In this document: piece by piece, positions 49,631 through 62,065 of the stretch
How the letters are laid out: each line of letters opens with the position of its first letter
How positions within the stretch are numbered: position 1 is the first letter of the stretch
From: Camelus dromedarius
Lineage: Eukaryota
Length of the DNA stretch: 64,000 bases
Assembly (NCBI RefSeq): GCF_036321535.1
Contig: NC_087447.1
Coordinates: 39,620,001-39,684,000, forward strand
Direction: 5' to 3'
Program-made: the position numbers and the translations under genes
The notes under the pieces: generated by a model
Told to the model about the DNA's origin: nothing
Seen by the model: the letters and a program-made list of their open reading frames with translations, nothing else
Databases searched by the model: none

Positions 49631-52600
49631 CATTATAATTTATAATGATCTTTATTGGATTTGGGACTACTCCACTATGAGCAAAAATACTCCCTACTAC
49701 CAATCCAAGACCTCTCACTGATCTCTTCCACCCGGCTGCTTCTCTCTGGTTCTGTGGGCTTCTGGGTCCCAGCTCAGGCTTCCCCCAGAAATCACAGACA
49801 CCCTTCTCTGGCCCTGGCCCCCTCAGTAGGATGTGGGAGTGTGCTCTGAACCCACCCACCGCAGCAGGAGAGAGAGAAGGTACCAGGCCCCATGGGTGCC
49901 GACACTCAGCCATGATAAGGACCTGGAGGAGACCTGGCTGCAAATTCCTCAACAAATTCTGAATGGGGAGAGTCTTCAGACCAGTTTACTACTTTTTCAA
50001 GAAACAATGAAATTGGCTTTTAAGCAAAGGATGGAGGAAGGGAGCTCGGTGGCTCTCTGAAATAAGAAGTCTTACTCCAGCAGCTCAGATGACATCATCT
50101 CCAATCTGCCTCCCACTAGGTGAGCTACTGGTTCCAACCAGTGGCCAGTCCTGTACACGTGTAGTTTCCTTATGAAAGGAAACTGCCACCATACGTGCAA
50201 ACTTCATGTCCTCACACCACACCATCCACAGGCTGTGAGATTCTCTTCCAAAAGCTTCTGTAAAAGAAAGTGTTACTTTCCAGAAGCCCCAGAAAAAAAA
50301 AAATCTCATCTACTTCCTGGTTCTAGCTGGGTAACCTGTCACTATGGACATAAGCTGCTTGGCTTCCATCCATCACAGCCCACTCTGCAGTGGCGAGTAA
50401 GGTCAGCCCCACCTGCAGGACATGGGGAAAGGCCAGCCTGTGTGCTTTTCGTAAGGAGAGGGGGATGGGTGCTGAGGAGGCTTCCAAAATGTCCTCTCCC
50501 GCTGTGGCGTGTTCAGGTATGAATCACAGGCAGATTTGAGAGCGTCCATGTCACTGTCCAGGGAAAGAAGTATTAACTGCGGGCAGCCACCAGGTAGCCC
50601 AAAAGAACTCAAGGGCCAGGGGCAAGGAGACAGCTTCTTTAGAGGTGCAGAACTGCCAAAAGCAACAGTAAGAGCTTCACCACAAGGAACCCCCCAGGGG
50701 TAACACCAGCATGAAGGATGTAGTGCTGGGCATCAACCCACTGCTGGTGACAACACCAGACCCAGGGAGGGGTATCCCCCAGTCACACCAGAAAGCACGG
50801 ACCCTCAGTCACCAGAAGTCCCTAGTCCACGGAGATGCTCAGAAGTCTGAGGCGATGTGGAGAGGGAGGAAAACGTGCCGCAGCCAGAGAGGTGCAGACG
50901 AAGGCCCCTCAGCTCCCTTGCAGCCGGGAGCCTGGGGCTCTCCCCACGCGCCCCTGCCTGAGAACACGGGGAAGTGCCTTGGGGGTCACTCTGGCCATGT
51001 CCCCAGTCCAGAACCCCAACGGAGAAAATGTTCCAGTCTCCATACCTTGGTATCCAAATTACCAAGCTCCTTCAATGTGAAGAAGCTTTCACCTGTTACC
51101 AATTACCTAGGATTAACAAGAGTTTTTTCTCTTCTTTATTCTTCCCTTTTTGCTGGTCTGCAGGAGCCTTCCTGCCCCTGGGGGCAGGGCCGGCCTGTGA
51201 GGACTGTGAGCACCCAAGGCAAAGCCCAGTTCCTGTGGCTGGAGCTGGAGCTGAAGCAGAGGGATTTTCTGAACCTCTCCCACCTACACAAGTCTGCACA
51301 CGTCAGCGGCGGCTACAGCCCAGGATGCCGGGCTCTGGCAGCCCCGCAGGAGGCTACTGCCACAGCACTGCCATTTTATGCCTGCTGCAGAGAAGGCTGG
51401 TATCCGGGGAGGTGAAGAGAGGTTGTGCCCAACACCCTCACTGTGTCTCAGGCTGCCAGCCATGAAGGTTTCCTGTGGCCAGATCAAGAAATACGGCCTC
51501 TGAAGATCTGGGGATGTGCACACAGGGACAGCAACCACATCGGTGACACTCCTCCAGTGGCACTTCTTGAATGTCTGCTAGACATGAAGCTGGGTTCAGA
51601 AACGGCGCCAGCAGTGAGCAAACCAGTGCCTCACCCCAACACTCTGGCCATCAGGGGAGAGAGCAGTGGGCTTGAATCTTCCAGACTCCACGTGCCTCGG
51701 TGCAGAGTGGAATTTAAGGCTCTTCTGCTGAGCAAAAGGAATGGTAAGGAGTTCACCACAAAGAAGGAGCGGGAACCTGAAGACGTGAATCCCCTAAGGC
51801 TACACTGGCCTACGGGATCTGGTGGGGTCAAGGCTGGACTGTGAGAGGCTTCATCACTGAGGGGCCACTGCTCTGCCTTCAAAGTCCGTCCCCTCCCCGA
51901 TCCTGGAGTTCGTAGCTTCCTTCCCTCTTGCTGGGTCAGGAAGGGTGTCACTTGCATCAGCAGCACACTCATTAGAAAAGAAACCCAGCGTTTATGTCAT
52001 ATTCAACATGGACTCTTTTGGTTTCTACTTGGGGTCTCATTCTTTTTCCTAACATAGGCTCAGAATTAAAACCTCCAGTTCAAAATAGGACTTCACAGCT
52101 CCCTCCCTCCTCTTACAGCCACAGCCACTCTGCATTTACTGAAGTCACAGAGCCTTTCACCTGTATCGTTCCAGCCTCGCAGCCACTTAGTGAGTGAACG
52201 CTATTCTCCCCATTTCACAGATGAGGAAACAGAAACTCAGAGGTGAGTTTTCTGAATACCAACAATGAGAAAGAAAACACAGCTGACAACTTGAAAGTAT
52301 GTGCATGGGGATGAGTAATGGTAGACAATCTGAAACTGCGCCTGTTCAGGAAGTTCTATGATCACACCTGTTGCTTTCTCCCAAGAGTCTCACAGAAGAG
52401 AGGCCTGGTGACTAGTGCAACCGCCCACCCTTCCACAGACAAAGGAGGCTTGAGTGCAGCTAGCACACTCTGTGCAGTCCCATGCTAGGTGGCTCTCTTT
52501 TCAATCTCCGAGCACCTTGGCAAGTTGGCACTTTGTCTCCCTTCTTACAAAGGAGAAAATCAAGGCTTTAAGAAGAGGAAGGAGCAGGAGAGGAGCATTC

Positions 52601-53454
52601 ACTGGGGCTGCTAGAAACCAATTAAGTAGCAGTACTCCAGAAAAGAGGTCAGACTCCTGCACCACGTAAGCTATTTGACCTCCCCTGGAGAAGGCTCCTG
52701 GGCAGAGCTGAGGACACAGAAATGGCAGAAGTCAGCTGCCCCACTCCATGTCCAATCTCAAATTTACCCTAGGCACTATTTTATGAGCCTGCTCTGACCT
52801 GTAATTTCTTTGTCTATGTTCGAGGCCAGTATTTGATTATTCCCAAGGGGGACTATTTAAGCAAAGATCACTAAAAATAACGATAGCCACAAGTTACTTG
52901 GGAAGTGGGATGAATAGGACATTTAGAAACAAACATAACTTTCTTTCTCATCCTTTCCCTATATTTTCTGAGGTTGGGTACCGTATTCACTTAGAAAAAG
53001 AAACTTCTAGTTTTTCCTTGGTCCTCTTCCATTTTATATTCAAAGAGGAAAAATCATATTCTTCAAAACCGCTTTGCGGACAAGCAACAAATCACATACA
53101 CCTAGGGCTCTGGCTACTTAGGGCTCTTTGTGGAATGCTGAGGGCTGTAATCTGCCATCCAGGACAGGGGGCAGGAACACAGCGACCAGAGGAACCACTC
53201 AGCTGGTGACATCTGCCCGGGACTGATCACTGCCAACACTTCAAAATATGACCTACTTCACCTTGACAGGTAAATTCCAGGAGCAGGCCAATCGTCCACA
53301 AGGGAATTTTCCTTGTGGGCCTCTGGAGTTTCCGTAAGTTCTCATGGAATGGTCCTTTTATCCTAAAATGTTGCCTTTATATAAACCTTAAACCTTCCTT
53401 GCACAGCCAAGCTAATGATGGTTAACAGTTTCTATTTGTTAATCTGCTATTTAA

Positions 53455-53685
53455 CTGTTATCAATAGTTTACTATGTGCTAAGCTCTATACTTGTAATTT
53501 TTTAATATCCTTACTGCCACCACATAACACAAGTGCTATTATCCAATCCAGATGAGAAAATTAAAAATTAGAGACAGGTTAAGTATTGATCAAGGTCACA
53601 CAGGTAGCCAGGAAATGGCAGGGCCAAGAGCAGATAACCGAGGCCTGTTTCCAGAACTCAACACACTAAACCATTATGCTACCCT
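53455..53685 (-). mobile_element. MIR SINE
   Basis: tttactatgtgctaagctctatac...cagatgagaaaattaaaaattagagacaggttaagta..tgatcaaggtcacacaggtag...taaaccattatgct. Confidence 0.75.
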
Positions 53686-54422
53686 GTCTTCAACCATGTG
53701 TTATACACAAAGACATTTTAAAGCATCCTATGGGCTATCAGTCTTCATAAAGACTGTATTTGGAGCTGAAGGAAACAGAACTCTACGCTGTGCAAAGAAC
53801 ACACTAAAGGTTGACCAGTTGCACTTTCCTAAAAAATAGGATCAAAATTTATCTTACTGTGATCAATTCAGCTGTACATGCAAACATTATTGCTTCCAAA
53901 TACCTTTGCAAAAAAGGAGCACTTTCACATTTGAGGATTTTACCGTGAAAACCAACATGTTTCTATCTGCGCCGTTACACGCAGTACTTTCACATCATTC
54001 TTTAAAAAAACCTGCAATGCAATTTGCTTCCCCAGAAAAATGTATTATATCTGATTCTTACTACAACTCACTTATTACTAATTACATTTTATAATTTTTT
54101 TCCAAACAGCCTCAGGATTTTGCCTATGGGAGCCAACCTACCAATTCGTCTGATTGTTCAGCACAACCTACAACTCCTACAGGCAATTCCACAGTTGCAG
54201 GGACTTCATGGTGCATGTCTGCACGTCTACAAACTAAAACATATGAGTGAATTCAAACTTGTCCTGATCATTACCTATTATTTACTCAACTTTTGGGCCA
54301 TGATAAGTTACAAGGTTAAATAACAAGTTACTCGGGCTAACCCAACTATTCAGTTCACTATTCAGTGGAAAACTCAGAAGCTTGAAAGCCAGTTGGCAAT
54401 TGGTCATGTTTTTACCAATATT

Positions 54423-55005
54423 CAGTGCTGTTCTTGGACCCAGTCCAGAAGGCCCAACTTAAACCTCAGGCAGCCCTGCCCGGGTCTTCTTTCAGCCTTA
54501 CTTCTCCTCTACTGCTGTGGAGTCTTTGAAGGTCAAGGGACAGCCCATGCAGGGCCCTTCTTACCTTTTAAACCATCAACCAAGGACCTGAGGCTTCAGA
54601 ATTCCCAGCTCAAGGACTCCCAGTCCATGTCCAGGGTCTGCACAGGCCAACTCCCTGAGTCTGTCCTCAAAAGGACACTTCGGTCACTGGTGTGTGTACC
54701 CTTAGGTACAAAAGTGGCCATGGAGCAACTTTTGTGACACAGGGAGTGGAAGGTTTGCTTGTACCAACCAGGACATCTATACACACATGTTAGGAGATGC
54801 AACTGGGGTGGGAAGAGATGGGGTAGGCCCCTAAATTTGAAGGTGGTTCCAGATTATTATGAAGGTATATTTGTCAAAGTAGTTTAGCAAATGTTATTTA
54901 ACAGTTTATTACCTTGATTTATAACATTTAAATATTTAGACATACAGTATATGAGCTTCCACTTACTTCCTGCTTCACACACTGTAGATACTAAGGGCAG
55001 GTCTG
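54423..55005. mobile_element. hAT Tip100-group MITE (MER115-like), near full length
   Basis: Termini cagtgctgttcttggaccc ... ctaagggcaggtctg. The internal block ttatgaaggtatatttgtcaaagtag...ttatttaacagtttattaccttgatttataacatttaaatatttagacata matches the recalled consensus. Flanks ccaatatt/gccatttt may be a decayed 8-bp TSD. Confidence 0.65.
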
Positions 55006-56165
55006 GCCATTTTCAAACACAAAAGTGCTGCCATTTAAACAGACAGATGAGAAACTCACACAGACCCTCAAAATTTATAAACCAGCCTGTTGATTCACAC
55101 ATTAAAAATCACTCAGCAAAACTCCTAGGAAAGAATAAAAGAAACTCCATAAAACTATCTAATCAACCTAGAGACACAACAAACAGACCTGTAAAACTAA
55201 CTTGATTTAAATAGATCAATTCTTTGGAAGGTACAAGGTGTATCCATCAATGCTTCAACAAGTTTCTGTGGTTACTCATCTTTATCTAATCACTCAACAC
55301 CTGAGTTTGCAGGCACAGTCTCAACTTCTAAAACTCCATGGGTTGTCTTAAAACTGATACATAACTATGAAAAGCAAAAAGATCACTATTATGCCCATCA
55401 CTCATGGAAATCTGTGCCATCGTTAGGATCAAGCATTTTGAAAATGAAAAGGACAAACTCCTTTGGTAGTGTTTACGTGTAGACCTAAAACCCAGACTTC
55501 AGTGGCTCTACATCAAAGACAGTTTTTATAATAATTTGTAATGCATTTACAATGAGCAGGATATATGTTACTATGTGATCTTTACTTCTAGGCCCAACAA
55601 GGAATTAGACACTCACAACATATAATTATTCCATAACAACGATAGTGAATTGGACCTGTGCTGTGATTCTCAAGGAAAGGATTTCCTGCAATGAAAACTG
55701 CCCATCTCATAAACTACAGGTACAAATGTTCTAGCACCTCTAAACTGACCATATTCAGCCATCTCCCCCTAAAGAGAGAAATAAATAATTAAAAAGGAGT
55801 CATGTTAATTGTGATACGTATCTTCCTTCACTACTATCATCTGTCTTCTAGGCATATGACATGCCTCCTCTGGGACAGAATTTTTATGACTAGAAATTTT
55901 AAAGGAGATTCATTATATCGTTTGACCTGCACAGCAAACCACCACATGGTCGTCTGACCCCTGCTCAAACATTTCTCAGTATATCCCAAAACAGAAGCCT
56001 AGTCCAACTTTGTAGGACTATTAGAAAATACTCTTTCTATAACTGAGCCAAAATTTGACTGCTTCAATTATATCGAGATTCTACAGGACAAATCTGTTTC
56101 CTCTTGACTCATGAGTGTCTTATATTTATTTTAAAGCAACTGTCTCATGTCTTTGTGGAAACTTT

Positions 56166-56262
56166 CATTTTCTTTTTTTTAAAATGGAAGCACTGGGGAT
56201 TGAACTCAGGATTTTGTGCATGCTAAGCATGCACTGTACCACTGAAATATTACCCTACCCCC
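56166..56262 (-). mobile_element. tRNA-Ala(AGC)-derived SINE, Vic-1-like (camelid)
   Basis: The minus strand reads GGGGGTAGGGTAATATTTCAGTGGTACAGTGCATGCTTAGCATGCACAAAATCCTGAGTTCAATCCCCAGTGCTTCCA plus an A-rich tail. It has a decayed A box, a B box (GTTCAATCCC) and an AGC anticodon arm (GTGCATGC-TTA-GCATGCAC). Confidence 0.85.
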
Positions 56263-56278
56263 TGAGGAATGTGGATCC

Positions 56279-56415
56279 TTTTTTTTTTCTTTTTTAAATT
56301 GGAGTATAGTTGATTTACAATGTTGTATTAGTTTCTGGTGTACAGCACAGTGATTCAGTTATACATATATACATTCTTTTTCATTATAAGTTATTACAGG
56401 TTAGTGACTACAGTT
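56279..56415 (-). mobile_element. Short L1 3' end with poly(A) tail
   Basis: A T-run followed by aattggagtatagttgatttacaatgttgtattagtttctggtgtacagcacagtgattcagttatacatatata is the reverse of a laurasiatherian L1 3' terminus, similar to the end of the L1 at 24280-24370. Confidence 0.85.
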
Positions 56416-59400
56416 ACATGGAACTTCTTCTAAGCTGAGCCAAATATCCCTAAATTCCTTCAGTGATAAATCTCTCTTTATTATCTGGATGGTCTTCCTC
56501 TGAACAAGCTCTACAATGCCTACATTCTCTTTAAAGGGAACTTTTCTTCTGTCCACACCTGTATCCTCAATGCACAGAAAAGTACCTGGCACAGAGTATA
56601 TAGGAAGGACAGATCAGAAAGAGGAAAACAGGAAGGAAACACAACAGCCAACTCGAAGTGTGGTCTAATATGGTCATCGTCCTCCTCTTTTCATCAACAC
56701 CGCCTGAGATGCCATTCATTTCTGCAGAAGCCACGATTATGAACTTACCGTAATCTCACAGTCAACAAAACTCACGGAGTACTGCCAAGTCACATGCTTA
56801 CAGTCTGCTCTGACACTTCTGGGCACCCTGATCCCTCTAAAATGTCCTCTTCCTTAGAAGGTCCCATCATCCCTCCAGCATGGGCAGAGTTTCAGATTCT
56901 GCATCAGGCCCCCACTGAGCACGCTCACCTTCTCCAGATTTCATGTTATCTCAATGAGGACACCATTCAAATGCCAGTCAGGGCACAAGATGATGTGGCA
57001 ACTACCAGGAAGTGATCTCCCGTTTTACCACCTGCTCATCACTCTCAGGCATTAAACCGGCTGCAGTTCAGAACCCTAGTCCTTGCATTCGACACATTGA
57101 GTGTGTCTCCATTTTTGACAAAGTAAATATGACTAAAAACTGAATCAAATTCCTTGTTCATCCTCTCCATCAACTGCTGTTTTCTGGTCTATGAGTCTAA
57201 TAATAAACTTTTCAGAGAAAGAAAAGACGCTCTCCTCTTCATGAATCCATGCTAGGTCCAACTGATTGCCACTAGGGCAAAGCCTCACTCTTTAGCCCAC
57301 AGTTACAGGAGTTCGATGCCCAGGAATGGTCTGATACTCTGAACTCAAAGCCGTATGTCCGTCACAAGCTTGGAAAGCACTTTCCCCACAGAGGTCCCTC
57401 AAAGGTGTGAAGAATGGAAACATCATAAGACACAGTCTTTCCAGGTTAATACTTGGAAAAGCACAACATTTACTTAGCTATATAAGCTCTGGGATGTGTG
57501 CCTAAAAACTGGATTTGAATACTTTATCACTGCACCCCTAAAACTTCACAAAACAGCTAGACTTCGTGATTTTCCTGGACATAACTTAGGGACCTGATGA
57601 CACACGTGTACCACCAAAGTTTAACCAGCCCCTTGGGTGAAAGTCTCCTGGAGCATTGCTGCATACACACCTCCTCCCCCAGCCCTTCACCAGGGATGGG
57701 CAAAAGCCCACCACCGAATCCTGGCAGAAGGCCCCACACCCATCATGCTGCCTGACTGCAGGGCAAGAGCTGGTGCCCTGAACACCAACAGACTTGGACT
57801 GCATTCCACAATCCTGGGCTCCTGAGAGCACTGACCTCCTGTCCTTAAAGTACGGGTAACAGAGGCGAGTTTGCAGGGTGTTGGGAGGGGTACAGAGACC
57901 CTACTCTGTGAAAGGCCTGGCTCAGTGACGGGGACACAGTAGGCACTCAGGAAATGCAACCTTCTTTCCTCTTCACCTCCCATCTTCCCTTTCTCTAAAG
58001 CTTCTAAAATCCCAGCACGAAGGTGCACCCGGTTGGCACTCAATCAGCAAAAGCCAGGAAAATTATTATTATCTTTGCTGTACGGCTTACAAAAAGCCAT
58101 AGTTCCCCTTCCTATTTACCAACAAGGCACCCAGAGCTGTATTCCTCTCGCTCACCATCACACTCACCATCACGTAAGCCACCTGAGCAGCTACAGGTAA
58201 GGAGAAGCCCTCCCTCACTGTAACTAAAAACACAGGCACGCTGACTAATTCGTCATGCGGATTCGTCATCCCTCATCCAAGGGCCTTCAGAAATGCCAAG
58301 ACCCTCAGGGAAGTGAAATTTCCTCGAATGTACAGTGGCCGAGAATACCTGGGGTTTCGAGATGACTAATGATGGAAATGTACTATAAACAGGGAATATT
58401 AAAGAGCTTAGAAAGCCTCTCAGGGAAAGAGGGAGAAAATCCTGGTAATTCAGAGCCTGGTAGAGGGAATGGCAGTTCTCCGGCTAACGAAAACAAAACA
58501 AAAAACCAAACCAAACCAAAGCATATATATAGGTGAAAATGTTAGGCCCTCACAACTTTTATTTCCGCAGGATCAGGAGCCCAGGTTGGTCCTGGGAGGG
58601 AGAAGGCTCCCGGCTTCTTGCTACCATGGTGTTTTTTCTATCTTGACAATTCACTTCCCCGACAGGCACGCCGCCAACTCAAATGAGACTCGGAGCAGTG
58701 AAAAGCCCTTCAGGTAAACAGTGTGATAAGCTAAACTGAAAAACTAGACAATGTTTTTGGACTATGAGGTAGTTGCCATGGAGACAGTTGCTAATTAACT
58801 GCTTTCAACCAGGAGAACAAAGGGCTCGGGGCAGGCAGGCCTCCGTATCTCCGAGTGAGCAATGCTCCCTGGCTTGCGCCACCAGCACACCGCTCATATC
58901 TGGAATACCTGAGATCCGGCTGGGTCTGCACCGTGCCTAAGGAAACGAGGACAGCGCGTTTTCTTCATCCCCACCTGGGGGAACAGCACCTGGACACCAG
59001 GACCTCTCGGGGAGTGAAGACCCACCGACCACATGCCTGGCACTTCCCTAAATGTCACCCTCCTCCCCCTCCGGAGACGAAGCCGACCTATTCAAATGAA
59101 GGGTTGGGAAGAAGAAACATATAACTGTTTTAAATGATATGTTTTACTTGGCATGCTTTATTAAAGAAAACAAAATAAAACTCATAAATTGAAACGGGAA
59201 CAGACACTTCTCTCCTTCTTCAGGATTATCTTCCCCATGGGGATAAAAGTGACTGAGTATTTCTCAAAGACAAAGAAAGAAATTTGTAACCATTTCCTAT
59301 TTCTAAAACCCACACATTGTGGACACTCAATAAATAACAACAGAAGAAAAAAAAAACATTGTAATCTGACTTATCACTGACGGATTTTCTCCTCCGACAC

Positions 59401-59904
59401 CATCCCACACTGACCCCCCGCTGCCTGGAACATGGTCTCATCTTCAGAAGTTAAAACTGGTGCCCTGAGACTGAAACGATCCGTTCTGAAGGGCTGACCT
59501 TTGAGTTAAAGGTCCATCCTTTTTACATCCAGTTAAAAACCAAAGATCTACGTTCTCTCCAAGAACACTTAAACTCAAGCACGAAATGGAAAGAGAGCTG
59601 CCTACCTCTCCTTACTCCATAGCCCCAGGAGGGCCTGTGTCAGCCCTCTGCCTAATGTCAGCTTACACTAAATAGATCCACATTAAGTAAATGTCAGACT
59701 CAACAGAGCTATGATGTGATCTGTTCTGCCCCCCCAGAATTGATCAATACAGCCTGTGAGCCACCCACCATCATTTAATCCAGGCAGACTGGATTAACGC
59801 ATGTTATGATTCTGAATGAAATACAACAATGTGATTCTCAGTTGGACTCTGTGGCAATAATGCACACAGACACCTTGAGGAAAGACCAGTGATCAGGCAG
59901 CACT

Positions 59905-60122
59905 GAAATCCATTTAAAAGCATGAGCTTTGGAAGCAAACAGGCCTGGATTTGCACCAAGGTTGCAACTCTACCAGCTGTTCAGTACAGACTTCTCTGAG
60001 CTTCTGATTGCACATCTGCTAAATAAACCTATCTCAGAAAGTTACTGTAAGCATTCAGGGAATGAAAGTGCTTGCTCCAGTCCCTCACCCATGGCAGGTA
60101 CTCAAGACATCGTGGTTATTAA
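59905..60122 (+). mobile_element. MIR SINE
   Basis: ttaaaagcatgagctttggaagcaaacaggcctggatttgca...cttctctgagcttctgattgcacatctg...tggcaggtactcaa. Confidence 0.7.
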
Positions 60123-61884
60123 TTAAAGCCTCCGCTAACTTACTACTTTTCTTTAAAATGGGACAATACTGTTGGAGGCCCAAGGTTATACCCGTGCAGC
60201 CAAGCTTGTGAAAAGAGAAAAGGAAAGAGAGAACTTGCAGGCTGGGACCCTTCCCGCCCACCAAGAACCCTCTTCTCCCCACAGCATCCCATCCACACCA
60301 GTCGCCACCCAGAACTGCAAAAGTTTTCACTACAGTACAAACAGCAGGTATTAGGCCTAACTGTCAAATCCAGCCCGTTTCTGGGATAAACTCAATCCTT
60401 TCTTGTGAAACCAAGGAGTTAAAGTGTTGCTTTGCAGATGGCAGCTTTTTCATAAGGCTCCCCTCCCTGCCTGGGTTAAATTTCATCAGTCACTGCCTAA
60501 GGGGAGCTCACCTCTTCTCATTTCAGTCTCTTTCCTCTATTCTTCCCAGGCTGGGCATCCAGCAATCCCCATCCACCATTCATCCATCCATCCATCCATC
60601 TGTCCACACACTCAACAGAATTCATCAGCCACCATGCTGATACTTAGAACACAAAGGTGTAACTGACTCCATTCGAGAGGCCTTCTTAGGCCAGTGCAGG
60701 ACACCGACATATACACAGGATGAGCACACAGGATGAGCTTTGTACTAGGAGACGCATGTGGTCCAGTGGGGCACAGGTGCAGCCAAGGGGAGATCAGATG
60801 CCAAATCGCAGTATCTCCAGAGGAGAAGACCACAGCTCCTGAGGCTCTTCTTCCTTCTGGTGCCATCATTCACTCTCATCACAGCCACTAATGCCCCCAT
60901 AGTAAGCTGAGTACAGGAGTCAAGGCGGCTACTGCTGGGGAAATGAGGTAGTGATGGCGGTGGGGAGGGGAGGAAGGCTGACGTCTAATCAGCACACGAG
61001 GGAACATTCCCTGATTGACACCCTACTCGACAGTGTGGTTTATTGCCTCCCCCACCTCCCCAGCCCCTGGGGCCTATCTCAAGCACAATAAAATCATCAC
61101 TGTGTTTCCTGGCAGTCTCCCGGGAAGAAGTCCCATGAAGAAGGAGGGGGAAGTCTGAGACTTCTCCAACAGCAGAGACCTTATCTAACTTCTATTTCCA
61201 TCTGGAGCACCTACCCCGGTGCCCTGCACAGAACTGCTCCATAAAAGCTTGCCCCGCTCAACTCTAGAACCGAGGTCTTGAGCATGTGGGTGATTTAGGC
61301 CAGGTCACAAAGCGAAGTAGTGGAACTGCACTGGAAGCCAGAGCTCTGACTCACTCATTTTGCACTGAGGTGACTGCAGGATCTTTCCTGGAGGGGCCAA
61401 TTTAGCGCTTGAAGAACAAGTAGTTTCTTCAGACTTGGGTATTTACATAACAAATGGGTTCTCTAGCCTCAGATCTCCCCTAAAAAGCCTCTTACCCCAT
61501 TATGTAGGCCTGTGCAGATAGAATTGAGAACACTCCCATAGTGGAAACTGCATTTAATTATTAGCATTATGCACATATTCCCCTGGGGTGCCTGAGTCCA
61601 AAAATATCAAGGAAAACCCTGCAAAGCTTTCAATCTTTAGTTATCAAAGGGGGAAAAAATAAACAAACTCGCTCGTGGCATCTGATAATCTCCCCTTTCA
61701 GAAAGACTGCACTCTCAATCCCCCTACTTTCACCTGTAACCATATAGACCTGAGATATGGATTTTTAAAAACACATCATTTTTGATCCAGGTTAAAAAAG
61801 CAAAGCACGTGAAGAAAAACAAATGGAGATTACAGAACTTTCCAAGTTGCAAGCAGCATATTAACATGGGAAGAGCTGAGGATT

Positions 61885-62065
61885 AAGAGGGCTTGGGTTC
61901 AAATTCCAATGCACTAATCACGTTAAGGCCACAGTCCAGCCTCTTAACCTCTCTAAGCCACTTATTTCATTTGTTAAATGGAAATTAATAATAATTCTTC
62001 TTACCAGAGTTGCTGGACTAAGAGAGATAACCCCTGAAAAAGCACTTATAAACTGTAAAGCACTG
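61885..62065 (+). mobile_element. MIR SINE
   Basis: cttgggttcaaattcca...cttaacctctctaagccacttatttcatttgttaaatggaaattaataata...aaagcacttataaactgtaaagcact. Confidence 0.75.

Larger units (their letters stand above)
55870..57400 (-). mobile_element. L3/CR1 LINE fragment (about 1.5 kb span), interrupted by SINE and L1 insertions
   Basis: tattagaaaatactctttctataactgagccaaaattt, ggacaaatctgtttcctctt, atggtcttcctctgaacaagctc and cttcatgaatccatgct resemble the reverse-complement L3 consensus on both sides of 56154-56430. Confidence 0.6.

Noticed and set aside
50711..51415. Longest ORF in the track (234 aa, +), and similar 150-190 aa ORFs at 31503, 41619, 44896, 47303 and 50974
   Set aside because: No recognisable domain. 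They have the Pro/Ser/Gly/Arg-rich composition expected from GC-richer non-coding DNA, overlap ORFs in several frames and partly lie within repeats. They are most likely chance ORFs in an intron.
56185..56262. tRNA-Ala(AGC) gene
   Set aside because: The acceptor and D arms are disrupted, the A box is decayed, and there is an A-rich tail with TSD-like flanks. This is a tRNA-derived SINE, not a functional tRNA.
60713..60738. Short tandem duplications (13 bp at 60713-60738, 12 bp at 58151-58173, 15 bp at 4411-4443) as an array or CRISPR-like structure
   Set aside because: They have two copies each, no spacers and unrelated sequences. These are ordinary slippage duplications in eukaryotic DNA.
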